A stretch of 64,000 nucleotides of DNA, taken from contig JBGAML010000013.1 of assembly GCA_044223005.1 (NCBI GenBank), positions 32,001-96,000 on the forward strand. Direction: 5' to 3'. Below, piece after piece: positions 9,289 through 19,758 of the stretch. Under the pieces are notes generated by a model. That model did not search any database. It was not told where the DNA came from and worked only from the letters and a program-made list of their open reading frames with translations. Position 1 is the stretch's first letter. Every line of letters begins with the position of its first letter. The translations under genes were made by a program, and so were the position numbers. The DNA is from Candidatus Eiseniibacteriota bacterium. GTDB lineage: Bacteria; Eisenbacteria; RBG-16-71-46.

Positions 9289-10523
9289 ACGTTCCGCTGT
9301 GGATCGCGGCGCGCTACCTGCGCACCCGGCCGACGAGCGGATTCATCACCTTGCTCACGGGGATCTCGATCGCCGGCGTGGCGCTCGGCGTGACCGCGCT
9401 CCTCACGGTGCTCGCCGTGATGAACGGCTTCGAGGGCGAGGTCCAGACGCGCATCGCGGGCACGGACGCGCACGTGATGCTCCTCGGCGCCGCCACCAAC
9501 GGCGTCGAACGCGGGGAGGAACTCGCGGCACTGATGGCGCGCCAGCCCGGCGTGCTCGGCGCGTCGCCGTTCACCTATGCCAAGGCGATGGCGTTCCGCG
9601 ACGGCGTCACCGAAGGGCTGGTCGTGAAGGGCGTCGACCTCGCGCGCGAGCGGGGCGTGACGAGCATCGCCGCCAACATCAAGCCTGCGCTCGATTCGAT
9701 TCCAGGCACCACGCTCTCCGGCGAGCCCGGGATCGTGCTGGGCTCGGAGATCGCCGCGCGCCTCGGCGCCCGCATCGGCGACCGCGTGCTGCTCGCGACG
9801 CTCCGCAACGACGCGAATGCGGCCTTCGGCTACGCGCCGCGGCTCAAGCCCTTTCGGCTGGTCGGCATCTTCACGTCGGGGCTCTACACGTACGACTCGA
9901 GCGTCGGCTTCACCTCGATCCCGACCTCGCAGCAGTTCTTCGAGCTCGGCGACCACGTCACCGGTGTCGCCGTGAAGCTCGCCGACATGTTCGACGCGCC
10001 CGCGGCCGCGCGCCGGCTGCTCGCGGTGGCGCACCGCGACGGGCTGCGGACGAACAACTGGATCGAGATGAACCAGAACCTGTTCACGTGGATGAAGCTC
10101 GAGAAGACCGTGATGTTCGTGATCCTCGCGCTCATCGTGCTGGTCGCGGCCTTCAACATCGTGAGCACGCTGTTCATGGTCGTGCTCGAGAAGCGGCGCG
10201 ACATCGGCGTGCTCAAGTCGATGGGCGCCGAGCCCGCGCTCGTGCTGCGCATCTTCCTGCTCGAGGGCCTGCTGATCGGCGGCCTCGGGACCCTGCTCGG
10301 GACCGTCCTCGGCGGGGCGCTGATCGCGGTGCTCCAGCGTTACCCGTTCGTACGCCTGCCGGGGGACGTGTACTTCATTGAAACGCTCCCGGTGCGTCCT
10401 GAAGCGGGGGACTTCGCCGCCGTCATTCTGGCCGCCGTTGCGCTGTGCCTTGCCGCCGCCTGGTATCCGGCGTGGCAGGCCTCCCGGCTGGACCCCGTGA
10501 CGGCGATCCGGAGGCAGGCATGA
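9285..10523 (+). CDS. lipoprotein-releasing ABC transporter permease (LolC/E or LolF type)
   Basis: IAARYL, GVALGVTAL..VLAVMNGF, VAAFNIVSTL, DIGVLKSMGA, VYFIETLP, YPAWQASRLDP. Confidence 0.92.
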   Translation: MNVPLWIAARYLRTRPTSGFITLLTGISIAGVALGVTALLTVLAVMNGFEGEVQTRIAGTDAHVMLLGAATNGVERGEELAALMARQPGVLGASPFTYAKAMAFRDGVTEGLVVKGVDLARERGVTSIAANIKPALDSIPGTTLSGEPGIVLGSEIAARLGARIGDRVLLATLRNDANAAFGYAPRLKPFRLVGIFTSGLYTYDSSVGFTSIPTSQQFFELGDHVTGVAVKLADMFDAPAAARRLLAVAHRDGLRTNNWIEMNQNLFTWMKLEKTVMFVILALIVLVAAFNIVSTLFMVVLEKRRDIGVLKSMGAEPALVLRIFLLEGLLIGGLGTLLGTVLGGALIAVLQRYPFVRLPGDVYFIETLPVRPEAGDFAAVILAAVALCLAAAWYPAWQASRLDPVTAIRRQA

Positions 10524-11254
10524 GCCCCGACCTGAACTCCACGACGCAAGGCGCTGCGGAAGAAACGCTTGAGGGTCGCGAGCCGGTGCTGCGAGCACGC
10601 GGGATTCGCAAGGTGTTCGCCGGTCCCGCGGGGCCACTCGAGATCCTCAGCGGGGTCGACCTGGAGGTCCATCGTGGCATGCTTCTGGCAATCACGGGGG
10701 CGTCCGGGGCGGGCAAGACCACGCTGCTCAACATCCTGGGGGCCCTGGAGCACGCGACTTCCGGAACGCTGGAGATCGCGGGCAAAAGGGTCGATTCCAT
10801 GGGGGAGACCGACCGCTGCCGCCTGCGGGTGGCGCGCCTGGGCTTCGTCTTCCAATTCCATCACCTGCTGCCCGAGTTCACCGCCGAGGAGAACGTCATG
10901 ATGCCGTTGCTGCTGGCGGGCCAGGAGCGTGCCGCGTCGCGCGATCGGGCGAAGGTCCTGCTCGAGAGCGTGGGGCTGGCCGAACGCCGCCTGCACCATC
11001 CGTCGGAGCTCTCGGGGGGCGAGGCGCAGCGCGTGGCCGTGGCGCGTGCGCTCGCGTGCGGGCCGGAACTCGTGCTCGCCGACGAACCCTCGGGAAACCT
11101 CGACGCCGCCACGGCTTCGGGACTTCACGACCTCCTGTCGTCGCTGGCGCGCAAGCGGCATCAAACGTTTGTGCTGGTCACCCACAATGATAGGCTCGCG
11201 GCGCTCGCGGACCGGGTGATGCGGCTCGAAGCCGGCCGGCTCGTACCGGCCTGA
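10520..11254 (+). CDS. lolD: lipoprotein-releasing ABC transporter ATP-binding subunit
   Basis: GASGAGKT, GFVFQFHHLLPEF (LolD motif), LSGGE, LADEPSGNLD, VTHN. Confidence 0.92.
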   Translation: MSPDLNSTTQGAAEETLEGREPVLRARGIRKVFAGPAGPLEILSGVDLEVHRGMLLAITGASGAGKTTLLNILGALEHATSGTLEIAGKRVDSMGETDRCRLRVARLGFVFQFHHLLPEFTAEENVMMPLLLAGQERAASRDRAKVLLESVGLAERRLHHPSELSGGEAQRVAVARALACGPELVLADEPSGNLDAATASGLHDLLSSLARKRHQTFVLVTHNDRLAALADRVMRLEAGRLVPA

Positions 11255-11266
11255 GGCGAGGGGATC

Positions 11267-11803
11267 ATGCTCTGCCAGATCTGCGGCAAGAACCCGGCGA
11301 CGGTGCACTTCACGGAGATCCACGACAATCGCATGTCGGAGATCCACGTGTGCGAGCGCTGCGCCGAAGAGAAGGGCATGCACGCCTCGGCGCAGCAGCA
11401 CAAGTTCGAGATCGCCGACCTGCTCGCCGGAATGGTGGACGCGATGACGCAGACCGACGAGGAACGCGTCGGCCACGTCCAGTGCCCGCGCTGCGGCATG
11501 CTCTACTCGAATTTCAAGGAGACGGGGCGCCTGGGTTGCGCCGAGTGCTACTCGGCGTTCCAGTTCCAGCTGCGGCCGCTCCTGCGCCGCATCCACGGCG
11601 ACACGCGCCACCGCGGCAAGTCGCCCACGCGCGGCTCGGCCGGCGCGGCGCGCTCGCGGCAGATCCAGCGCCTGCACGACGACCTGCGCCGCGCGGTGGA
11701 GCGCGAGGACTTCGAGCAGGCGGCGAGCATCCGCGACCAGATCCGCGCGCTCGAAACGGAACTGCAGGCCGAACGCGCCCACACGCCGGAGGCCCGGTCG
11801 TGA
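11267..11803 (+). CDS. mcsA: McsA protein-arginine kinase activator (CxxC zinc fingers + UVR domain)
   Basis: CQIC, CERC, CPRC, GRLGCAECY, HG..HRGK, EDFEQAASIRDQI UVR coil. Confidence 0.92.
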   Translation: MLCQICGKNPATVHFTEIHDNRMSEIHVCERCAEEKGMHASAQQHKFEIADLLAGMVDAMTQTDEERVGHVQCPRCGMLYSNFKETGRLGCAECYSAFQFQLRPLLRRIHGDTRHRGKSPTRGSAGAARSRQIQRLHDDLRRAVEREDFEQAASIRDQIRALETELQAERAHTPEARS

Positions 11804-12897
11804 GCGCGCGGCCCCGGAACTTCGACGAGCTGTTCGCGTCGCCGAGCCCCTGGCTCGCGGGCGAGGGCCCGCACGCCGAGATGGTGCTGTCCACGCGCAT
11901 CCGGCTCGCGCGCAACCTCGCCGACGTGCCGTTCACGCACCGCGCGCGCGAGGAGCAGCTGCTCGGCGTGCTCGCCAGCGTCGCAGCGGCCGCGCAGGAT
12001 TCGCGTGCGTTCCACGACGGCCTGCTGCTGCGCATGAACGAGGTCGCGCCGGTCGACCGGCAGGTGCTCGTCGAGCGCCACCTCGTGAGCCACGAACTGG
12101 GCGACGGCGCCCGGCCGCGCGGCATCCTGATCGCGCCGGACGCGCGGCTCTCGCTCATGATCAACGAAGAGGACCATCTCCGGCTGCAGGCGCTCACGCC
12201 GGGCTTCCAGCTCGCCGAGGCCTGGGCGCTGGCCGACGCCGCGGACGACGAGCTCGATCCCGCGCTCGAGTTCGCGTTCAACGAGGAGATCGGCTACCTG
12301 ACGTCCTGCCCGACCAACGCGGGCACCGGTCTGCGGGCCTCGGTGCTCATCCACCTGCCGGCACTCGTGCTGCTCGAGGAGATCCAGCGCGTCCTCAAGA
12401 GCATCATGCAGGTGGGGCTCAACGTGCGCGGCCTCTACGGCGAGCACAGCGAGGTCATGGGCAACCTGTTCCAGATCAGCAACCAGACGACGCTGGGCCG
12501 CAGCGAGCGCGACTCGATCGAGAGCCTCGAACGCGTGACCCGGCAGATCATCGAGACGGAGGAGCGCGCGCGCGAGCGCATGATGCGGGACGCCCGCGTC
12601 CAGATCGAGGACAAGGTCTGGCGCGCGTACGGCACGCTGCGCTACTGCCGCTCCATCCACGCGCGCGAGGTGATCAACCTCTGCTCCGCGGTGCGCCTCG
12701 GCGTCGCCATGGGCCTGCCGGGCCTGTGCCCGCTGCGCGTGCTCAACGAACTCCTCGTGCTCACGCAGCCGGCTCACCTGCAGCGCGTGCGCGGGGAGGA
12801 ATTGTCGCCCGCCGATCGCAACATCGTCCGTGCCCAGTTCGTGCGCGAGCGGCTCGCCGCCGCCGAGCGCGAGACCGGGGCGAATCCCCAGGGATAA
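11800..12897 (+). CDS. mcsB: protein arginine kinase McsB
   Basis: VLSTRIRLARNL, INEEDHLR, GYLTSCPTN.GTGLRASV, VRGLYGE, FQISNQ.TLG, TQPAHLQ. Confidence 0.95.
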   Translation: MSARPRNFDELFASPSPWLAGEGPHAEMVLSTRIRLARNLADVPFTHRAREEQLLGVLASVAAAAQDSRAFHDGLLLRMNEVAPVDRQVLVERHLVSHELGDGARPRGILIAPDARLSLMINEEDHLRLQALTPGFQLAEAWALADAADDELDPALEFAFNEEIGYLTSCPTNAGTGLRASVLIHLPALVLLEEIQRVLKSIMQVGLNVRGLYGEHSEVMGNLFQISNQTTLGRSERDSIESLERVTRQIIETEERARERMMRDARVQIEDKVWRAYGTLRYCRSIHAREVINLCSAVRLGVAMGLPGLCPLRVLNELLVLTQPAHLQRVRGEELSPADRNIVRAQFVRERLAAAERETGANPQG

Positions 12898-12936
12898 GGA
12901 GGAGCCACCGGAATCCTCCCGGTGGCCAGGACCGAC

Positions 12937-15411
12937 ATGCACGACAAATTCACCGAACGGGTTCGCAAGGTCATCTACCTCGCTCGCGAGGAAGCGGCGC
13001 GGCTGCAGCACGACTACATCGGCACCGAGCACCTGCTGCTCGGCGTCATCCGTGAGGGCGAGGGCATCGCGGCGACGGTGCTCAACAACCTCGGGCTCGA
13101 TCTCGACCGCATCCGCCAGGAAGTCGAGAACATGGTGTCCGCCTCGGGCGGCACGATGACGATCGGCGAAATCCCGTTCACGCCGCGCGCCAAGCGCGTG
13201 CTCGAACTGGCCGTCGAGGAGGCCCGCTCGCTCGGGCACAACTACGTCGGCACCGAGCACCTGCTGCTCGGCCTGATCCGCGAGGGCGAGGGCGTGGCCG
13301 CGAAGGTCCTGCTCGAGCTGGGCGTGGACCGCAAGCGCGTGCGCGAGGAGACGCTCAAGCTCCTCGGCGGCACGCCGTCGTCGTCGCCGTCGGCGGAGCG
13401 CGGCGAGGAGCGGGCCGAGACGCCCGCGCTGAACCAGTTCGGCCGCGACCTCACCACGCTCGCGCGCGAAGGCAAGCTCGATCCGGTGATCGGCCGCGAC
13501 AAGGAGATCGAGCGCGTCATCCAGGTGCTGTCGCGCCGCAAGAAGAACAACCCGGTGCTGATCGGCGAACCCGGCGTGGGCAAGACCGCGATCGCCGAAG
13601 GCCTCGCGCAGCGCATCATCTCGGGCCAGGTGCCCGAGAGCCTCAAGAACAAGCGCATCGTCACGCTCGACCTCGCGGCCGTCGTGGCGGGCACCAAGTA
13701 CCGCGGCCAGTTCGAGGAGCGGCTCAAGACCGTCATGAACGAGATCCGCGAATCCAAGGACACGGTGATCTTCATCGACGAGCTGCACACGATCGTCGGC
13801 GCCGGCGGCGCCGAAGGCGCGATCGACGCCTCGAACATGCTCAAGCCTGCGCTGGCGCGCGGCGAGCTGCAGTGCATCGGCGCCACGACGCTGGACGAGT
13901 ACCGCAAGTACATCGAGAAGGACGGCGCGCTCGAGCGCCGCTTCCAGCCGGTGACGGTGGACCAGCCGAGCGTCGACGACACGATCCAGATCCTCATGGG
14001 CCTGCGCGACAAGTACGAGGCGCATCACGGGGTGAAGATCACCGACGGCGCCATCGTGCAGGCGGTGAAGCTCGCGGACCGCTACATGAACGACCGCTTC
14101 TTCCCGGACAAGGCGATCGACGTGATCGACGAGTCGTGCGCCCGCGCGCGGCTGTCGGTCAGCACCGTGCCCTCCGAGATCCACGAGCTCGAGAAGAAGC
14201 TCGAGGAGGTCGTGAAGGAGAAGGAAGCGGCGATCCGCGGCCAGGAGTACGAGAAGGCGGCCCGTCTCCGCGACAAGGAGAAGGAACTGCGCGCCCGCCG
14301 CACCGACCTCAAGAAGTCCTGGAGCGAGTCCAAGCGCGACAAGGACGTCGAAGTCGACGAGGACCAGATCGCGGCCGTGCTCAGCATCATGACCGGCATC
14401 CCGGTCGTGAAGCTGGCGGCCGAGGAGAGCCAGAAGCTCCTCAAGATGGAGGAGGAGCTGAAGAAGCGCGTCGTGGGCCAGGACGAGGCCGTGAGCGCGG
14501 TGTCGCGCGCCGTGCGGCGCAACCGCGTCGGCCTGCGCGATCCCAAGCGGCCGATCGGCTCGTTCATCTTCCTGGGGCCCACGGGCGTCGGCAAGACCGA
14601 GCTCGCGCGGGCGCTGGCGGCGTACCTGTTCGACGACCAGGACGCGCTCATCCGCATCGACATGTCCGAGTACATGGAGAAGTTCTCCGTGTCGCGGCTC
14701 GTCGGCGCGCCTCCCGGCTACGTCGGCTACGAAGAGGGCGGCCAGCTCACCGAGAAGGTGCGCCGCAAGCCCTACTCGGTCGTGCTGCTCGACGAGGTCG
14801 AGAAGGCGCACCCGGACGTGTTCAACGTGCTGCTGCAGGTGCTCGACGACGGCGTGCTCACGGACAGCTCGCGCCGCAAGGTCGACTTCAAGAACACGGT
14901 CATCATCATGACGTCGAACCTCGGCGGCCGGCAGATCGTGTCGGGCGGCAAGGGGCTCGGCTTCAAGCAGGGCGACTCGACGCAGCAGTTCAGCGCCATC
15001 AAGAGCACCGTCCAGGACGAGCTCAAGAAGGCGTTCAACCCCGAGTTCCTGAACCGCATCGACGACGTGATCGTGTTCCACACGCTGACGCGCGAGAACA
15101 TGAAGAGCATCGTCGACATCCTGCTGGGGCAGTTCTCGTCCCGGCTCAAGGCCCAGGACATCGACCTCGAGATCTCGCCCGAGGCCACCGACCTGCTCAT
15201 CGACAAGGGCTTCGACCAGGCCCTGGGCGCGCGCCCGCTCAAGCGCGCGATCCAGAGGCTGCTCGAGGATCCGTTCGCGGAGTTCATCCTCCGCGGGCAG
15301 TTCCCGGCCGGCTCGCGCGTGAAGGTGCGGCGCGAGGACGACCACCTCGAGTTCGACGCGGCGCCGGTCGGCCGCGAGGTGCCGCCGGCACCGCCCGTGC
15401 CGAGCGCCTGA
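12937..15411 (+). CDS. clpC: ATP-dependent Clp protease ATP-binding subunit ClpC
   Basis: Two Clp-N repeats (GTEHLLLG), GEPGVGKT and GPTGVGKT Walker A motifs, UVR middle domain, LGF ClpP-docking loop. Confidence 0.97.
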   Translation: MHDKFTERVRKVIYLAREEAARLQHDYIGTEHLLLGVIREGEGIAATVLNNLGLDLDRIRQEVENMVSASGGTMTIGEIPFTPRAKRVLELAVEEARSLGHNYVGTEHLLLGLIREGEGVAAKVLLELGVDRKRVREETLKLLGGTPSSSPSAERGEERAETPALNQFGRDLTTLAREGKLDPVIGRDKEIERVIQVLSRRKKNNPVLIGEPGVGKTAIAEGLAQRIISGQVPESLKNKRIVTLDLAAVVAGTKYRGQFEERLKTVMNEIRESKDTVIFIDELHTIVGAGGAEGAIDASNMLKPALARGELQCIGATTLDEYRKYIEKDGALERRFQPVTVDQPSVDDTIQILMGLRDKYEAHHGVKITDGAIVQAVKLADRYMNDRFFPDKAIDVIDESCARARLSVSTVPSEIHELEKKLEEVVKEKEAAIRGQEYEKAARLRDKEKELRARRTDLKKSWSESKRDKDVEVDEDQIAAVLSIMTGIPVVKLAAEESQKLLKMEEELKKRVVGQDEAVSAVSRAVRRNRVGLRDPKRPIGSFIFLGPTGVGKTELARALAAYLFDDQDALIRIDMSEYMEKFSVSRLVGAPPGYVGYEEGGQLTEKVRRKPYSVVLLDEVEKAHPDVFNVLLQVLDDGVLTDSSRRKVDFKNTVIIMTSNLGGRQIVSGGKGLGFKQGDSTQQFSAIKSTVQDELKKAFNPEFLNRIDDVIVFHTLTRENMKSIVDILLGQFSSRLKAQDIDLEISPEATDLLIDKGFDQALGARPLKRAIQRLLEDPFAEFILRGQFPAGSRVKVRREDDHLEFDAAPVGREVPPAPPVPSA

Positions 15412-15426
15412 GCGAACCGTCCCGAT

Positions 15427-15470
15427 CCGCGCGCCGGGGGCCGACAGGCTCCCGGCGCGCGGCGTTTCCC
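15427..15470 (+). terminator. GC-rich hairpin / probable intrinsic terminator after clpC
   Basis: CCGCGCGCCGGGGGCC-GACA-GGCTCCCGGCGCGCGG stem with a GNRA loop, followed by a weak CGTTT tail. Confidence 0.55.
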
Positions 15471-15548
15471 CGCCGGGGGGTGTGCCGGCGGCACGGAACG
15501 GCCGGTCCCGCAGCGGGGTAGGAGGCGTGCCGGGACCCGGTCCGACGC

Positions 15549-15577
15549 TGGACTTGCCCTCGGGTCGCGGATAGAGT
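15549..15577 (+). promoter_or_regulatory. candidate sigma70-type promoter for the bamA-lpx operon
   Basis: TGGACT-17 bp-TAGAGT in the clpC-bamA intergenic region. Confidence 0.45.
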
Positions 15578-15699
15578 CGCCCGACTCCCTGAAGAACGAT
15601 GGCCATCCCCGTCCGGCTCGCGCGCGCAGGGACGCGTACGGCGCGGGCGTGGCGCTGCGGACCGCCCACCCGGACGGCCGAGACCTCGAGGAGAACCGC

Positions 15700-18111
15700 T
15701 TGTCCCAGCTTCCGTCGTCGTTCCGCCGCCTCGCGGTGGCCGCGCTCGCCGTGGCCGCACTGGTGGCTCCGTTCCTCGCTCCGCCCGCTTCACGCGCCCA
15801 GGCTCCCGAGGCACCCGCCGCGGACGCCGCGCCGTTGACGATCGGGCGCGTGTTCGTCACCGGGAACCACCACACCGACAGCCTGCGCATCCTGCGCACG
15901 TTCGACGTCGCCCCGGGCTCGAAGTACTCCGCCGACGCGGTGCGGCGCGGAACGCGCAAGCTGCTCGCGCTCGGGCTGTTCAGCGACGCGCGTGTGCTCG
16001 CCGGCAAGCCGCACGACGGACTCGTCGACCTGAACGTCGTCGTGGTCGAGCGCCCGCGGCTCGGGTCGGTGGTCTTCCACGGCAATGTGAAGCGCGAGAC
16101 GTCGGACCTGGAGAAGAAGCTCTTCCTGCGCCCGGGCGAGACCTATTCGGTGTCGCTGGTGCAGACGCAGGTGGACTCGCTGCTGCAGTACTACCGCGAC
16201 GAGGGCTTCCCGCGCGCGAAGGTGACGCCGAAGGTGGACACGCTCGCGACCGGTCAGGGGCTCGGCCTCACGTTCGAGATCGAGGAGGGCGAGAAGCTGC
16301 GCATCACGGTGATCCGGTTCGAGGGCGCCGACGCGTTCTCGCCGGGCCGCCTGCGCAAGGCGCTCAAGACGAAGCAGAAGGGCTTCTTCGGCGGCGGCGA
16401 CCTCAAGGACGAGTCGTTCGCGGAGGATCGTGAGAAGCTCGAGGAGTTCTATCACGACCACGGCTACCGCGACATGAGCGTGGACGATATCACCACCGCG
16501 CCCGGCGCCGAGCCGCGCGCGCTGACGATGACGGTGAAGGTCCACGAGGGGCCGCTCTACCGCTTCGGCGACGTCACGTGGTCGGGCAACAAGGTCGTGC
16601 CGACGGCGACGCTGCAGAAGCTGTGGACGCTCCGCAAGGGCGCGACCTACAGCAAGTCCAAGCTCGACAAGGTGGTGGGCAACGTCTACGGCGAGTACGC
16701 CGAGCACGGCTACCTCTACCTCGGCGTCGAGCCGCAGGAGGCGCCGCGCGACTCCGTCGTCGACATCGCGTTCGAAGTGAGCGAGGGCGCGCCGTCGCAC
16801 GTGCGGCTGGTGAGCATCATCGGCAACAAGGGCACGCGCGAACACGTCATCCGCCGCGAGCTCGACGTGCACGAGGGCGACCTGTTCCGGCGCTCGTCGC
16901 TGATGCGCAGCCGCGACAACCTGATGCGCCTCGGTCTGTTCGAAGAGGCGAACCCGGACTTCCGCAACCTCGACAGCTCCGACGTCGAACTGATCTTCAA
17001 GGTGAAGGAGAAGCAGGTCGGCACCGCGTCGGCCGGCGCCGGCTACACGGGGAGCACCGGGCTCACGGGCTTCCTCGAACTCGGGCACAACAACGTGCTC
17101 GGGAACGGCCAGCAGCTCTCGCTTCACCTCGAGCGCGGCAACAAGATCGAGAACTACTCGCTGAGCTTCACGGAGCCGTGGTTCCACGACGCGCCCACAC
17201 TGCTCGGTTTCTCGGCGTACAACCTGACCACCATCTACAACGAGTTCGACGAGCGCCGCCGGGGTGGCTCGGCGCGCATCGGCCGCCCGCTGCCGTGGCC
17301 GGACTACTCGCGCGGGTCCCTGTCGTACACGCTCGAGAAGGTGCGCATCAGCAACGTGCGCGACTCGATCTCGCTCGTGGGCGTGCCCGTGAACAAGGAC
17401 CAGATCACGAGCGCGTTCGAGACCAATTTCGTCCGCAACAGTGCCGACCACCCGATGTACCCGTCGCGGGGCACGCGCCTCACGCTCAACGACGCGTTCA
17501 CCGGCGGGCCGTTCCTGGGCGACGTCAACTACCACGTGCACCGGCTCGAGGGCCGCGTGTGGTTCAAGTCGCCGATCCCGCGGATGACGACCATGCTGCG
17601 GATGCGCGTGGGCGCGGTGGCGCAGTATCCGTGGAAGGACGGCGCGATCCCGGACTACGCGCGGTTCCGCCTCGGCGGCGGTTCGACGCTCGACCCGCTG
17701 CGCGGCTACATGGACTACCAGGTCGTGCCGCCCAAGTTCATCAGCAAGGTCTGGGTGTATTCGAGCACGGTGATCCGCAACGCGGCGAACACCGCCGACT
17801 CGATCACGGTGCGCGACTCCAGCCTGACCACGCGCCGGTATCCCGGTGGCAAGTACCTCGAGCTGTTCACCGCCGAGCAGCAGTTCCCCATTGTCCACCC
17901 GCTTCACGGTGTGATTTTCTTCGACGCGGGGAACGTCTGGGACTACGGGCAGGACATCAAGCCGTTGCAGCTCAAGTGCGGTGCGGGCATCGGGTTCCGC
18001 ATGGAGATCCCGATTCTCGGCAACGTCGGGTTCGACTACGGCTACGGCTTCAACCGCGACGACGGGCCGAAATGGCAGGGACACTTCCTGCTCGGCAACG
18101 TCGGATTCTAG
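15700..18111 (+). CDS. bamA: outer membrane protein assembly factor BamA
   Basis: Signal peptide, five POTRA repeats, barrel with FTEPW, LRGY loop-6 motif, FFDAGNVW, terminal Phe; TTG start after GAGGAG (start uncertain). Confidence 0.95.
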   Translation: MSQLPSSFRRLAVAALAVAALVAPFLAPPASRAQAPEAPAADAAPLTIGRVFVTGNHHTDSLRILRTFDVAPGSKYSADAVRRGTRKLLALGLFSDARVLAGKPHDGLVDLNVVVVERPRLGSVVFHGNVKRETSDLEKKLFLRPGETYSVSLVQTQVDSLLQYYRDEGFPRAKVTPKVDTLATGQGLGLTFEIEEGEKLRITVIRFEGADAFSPGRLRKALKTKQKGFFGGGDLKDESFAEDREKLEEFYHDHGYRDMSVDDITTAPGAEPRALTMTVKVHEGPLYRFGDVTWSGNKVVPTATLQKLWTLRKGATYSKSKLDKVVGNVYGEYAEHGYLYLGVEPQEAPRDSVVDIAFEVSEGAPSHVRLVSIIGNKGTREHVIRRELDVHEGDLFRRSSLMRSRDNLMRLGLFEEANPDFRNLDSSDVELIFKVKEKQVGTASAGAGYTGSTGLTGFLELGHNNVLGNGQQLSLHLERGNKIENYSLSFTEPWFHDAPTLLGFSAYNLTTIYNEFDERRRGGSARIGRPLPWPDYSRGSLSYTLEKVRISNVRDSISLVGVPVNKDQITSAFETNFVRNSADHPMYPSRGTRLTLNDAFTGGPFLGDVNYHVHRLEGRVWFKSPIPRMTTMLRMRVGAVAQYPWKDGAIPDYARFRLGGGSTLDPLRGYMDYQVVPPKFISKVWVYSSTVIRNAANTADSITVRDSSLTTRRYPGGKYLELFTAEQQFPIVHPLHGVIFFDAGNVWDYGQDIKPLQLKCGAGIGFRMEIPILGNVGFDYGYGFNRDDGPKWQGHFLLGNVGF

Positions 18112-18123
18112 ACGGAGGCACCC

Positions 18124-18687
18124 ATGGCACGACGGGCGTTCCAGCGCTTGGGAGGGAGCCTCCTCGCGGCAGTGCTGCTCGCGATCGCGGCCGCCGGCCC
18201 GGTGCGTGCGGCCGACCTGCGTTTCGGCTACATCGACTCGGCCCGCATCTTCCAGGAGTTTGCCGACGCGCGCGAAGCGCAGCAGCGCTTCGACCGGCTG
18301 GTGCAGGGCTGGCGGGACGAGGCGGCCGAGAAGGAGAAGACCGTCACCCAGCTGCGCGCCGAGGTGCGCGACCAGTCGCCGATCCTGTCGGCGATGAAGC
18401 GCCAGGAGAAGGAGACGGCGCTGCAGCGAGCGGTCAACGAGTACGAGTCGTTCATCCAGGACGTGTGGGGGCCGAACGGCCGCGCCGCGCAGGAGAACGA
18501 TCGCGCGACCGCCGACGTGGTGCAGCAGATCCGCGCCGCGGTCGAGAAGGTCGCGAGCCAGAAGGGCATGGAGGTCGTCCTGGACGCGGCGAGCGGGTTC
18601 CTGGTGTACGCCGACAAGTCGCTCGACCTGACCCCGGACGTGCTGGCGGAGCTGACGGCGAACAAGAAGACGCCGGGTTCCAACTGA
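18124..18687 (+). CDS. skp: OmpH/Skp periplasmic chaperone
   Basis: Signal peptide, FGYIDSARI, long coiled coil, VVLD...VYAD..DLT; follows bamA. Confidence 0.9.
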   Translation: MARRAFQRLGGSLLAAVLLAIAAAGPVRAADLRFGYIDSARIFQEFADAREAQQRFDRLVQGWRDEAAEKEKTVTQLRAEVRDQSPILSAMKRQEKETALQRAVNEYESFIQDVWGPNGRAAQENDRATADVVQQIRAAVEKVASQKGMEVVLDAASGFLVYADKSLDLTPDVLAELTANKKTPGSN

Positions 18688-18703
18688 GCGGGAGGGATCG
18701 CGC

Positions 18704-19750
18704 ATGAAGACATGGACGCTCTCCGAACTCGCGACCGAACTCGGCGCTACGGTGGTCGGCGACGGCTCGGTCGTCATTCGCGGCGTCGCCGGCATCCGCG
18801 AAGCGCTGCCCGGCGACGTGACGTTCCTCGCCAACTCGCGCTACGACGGCTACCTGAACGAGACGCGGGCGTCGGCGGTGATCTGCTCGCGTGAGCCGCG
18901 CTCCGCCTCGATCCCGCTGCTGCAGGTGGACAACCCCTACCTCGCGTTCCAGAAGGCCGTGAAGCTCATGCGGCCGGAGCTCTATCGGCCGCTTCCCGGC
19001 GTGCACGCGACCGCGGTCGTCTCGCCGGCGGCGTCCGTGGGCGAGGGCGCCTCGATCGGTGCCTACTGCGTGGTCGAGGCCGGCGCGCGCATCGGCGCGC
19101 GCACGGTGCTCATGCCGGGCTGCTACGTCGGCGTGCAGGCGTCGATCGGCGACGACACGCTGTTCTACCCGCGCGTGACCGTCCGCGAGGAGTGCGTGGT
19201 CGGCAGCCGCTGCATCCTGCATCCCGGCGTCGTGGTCGGGGCGGACGGCTTCGGGTTCGCGTTCGACGCGGGCCGCTACCACAAAGTGCCGCAGGTCGGG
19301 AACGTGATCGTGGGGGACGACGTCGAGATCGGCGCGAACACGACCATCGACCGCGCCACCACGGACGCCACGCGCATCGGCGACGGCACGAAGATCGACA
19401 ATCTCGTGCAGATCGGCCACAACGTGGTGACCGGGAAGCACTGCATCATCGTGGCCCAGGTCGGGATCTCGGGCAGCACGCAGCTCGAGGACTACGTCAC
19501 GATCGGTGGCCAGGCCGGCGTCGTCGGCCACGTCGTGCTTGGCCGCGGCGCCCAGATCGGCGCGCAGTCGGGCGTCAGCAAGTCCGTGCCCGCGGGCGCG
19601 AAGATGTTCGGTACGCCCGCGCTGGCCCTCAACCTCTTCAAGCGCATCAACGCCTACCTGAAGCGGCTGCCCGACCTCTTCGAGCGCACGAAGGTCCTCG
19701 AGGAGCGGGTGCAGAAGCTCGAGCAGGGGGAGAAGGAGACCGTGCGTTGA
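18704..19750 (+). CDS. lpxD: UDP-3-O-acylglucosamine N-acyltransferase
   Basis: TFLAN..Y, NPYLAF, hexapeptide repeats, [29 protein letters not shown]. Confidence 0.96.
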   Translation: MKTWTLSELATELGATVVGDGSVVIRGVAGIREALPGDVTFLANSRYDGYLNETRASAVICSREPRSASIPLLQVDNPYLAFQKAVKLMRPELYRPLPGVHATAVVSPAASVGEGASIGAYCVVEAGARIGARTVLMPGCYVGVQASIGDDTLFYPRVTVREECVVGSRCILHPGVVVGADGFGFAFDAGRYHKVPQVGNVIVGDDVEIGANTTIDRATTDATRIGDGTKIDNLVQIGHNVVTGKHCIIVAQVGISGSTQLEDYVTIGGQAGVVGHVVLGRGAQIGAQSGVSKSVPAGAKMFGTPALALNLFKRINAYLKRLPDLFERTKVLEERVQKLEQGEKETVR

Positions 19751-19758
19751 CGGGACGC

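Noticed and set aside
13021..13272. Direct DNA repeat GGCACCGAGCACCTGCTGCTCGGC in clpC, and similar shared stretches between the exbD and permease paralogs
   Set aside because: Explained by conserved protein repeats or paralogy; not CRISPR or mobile-element repeats.
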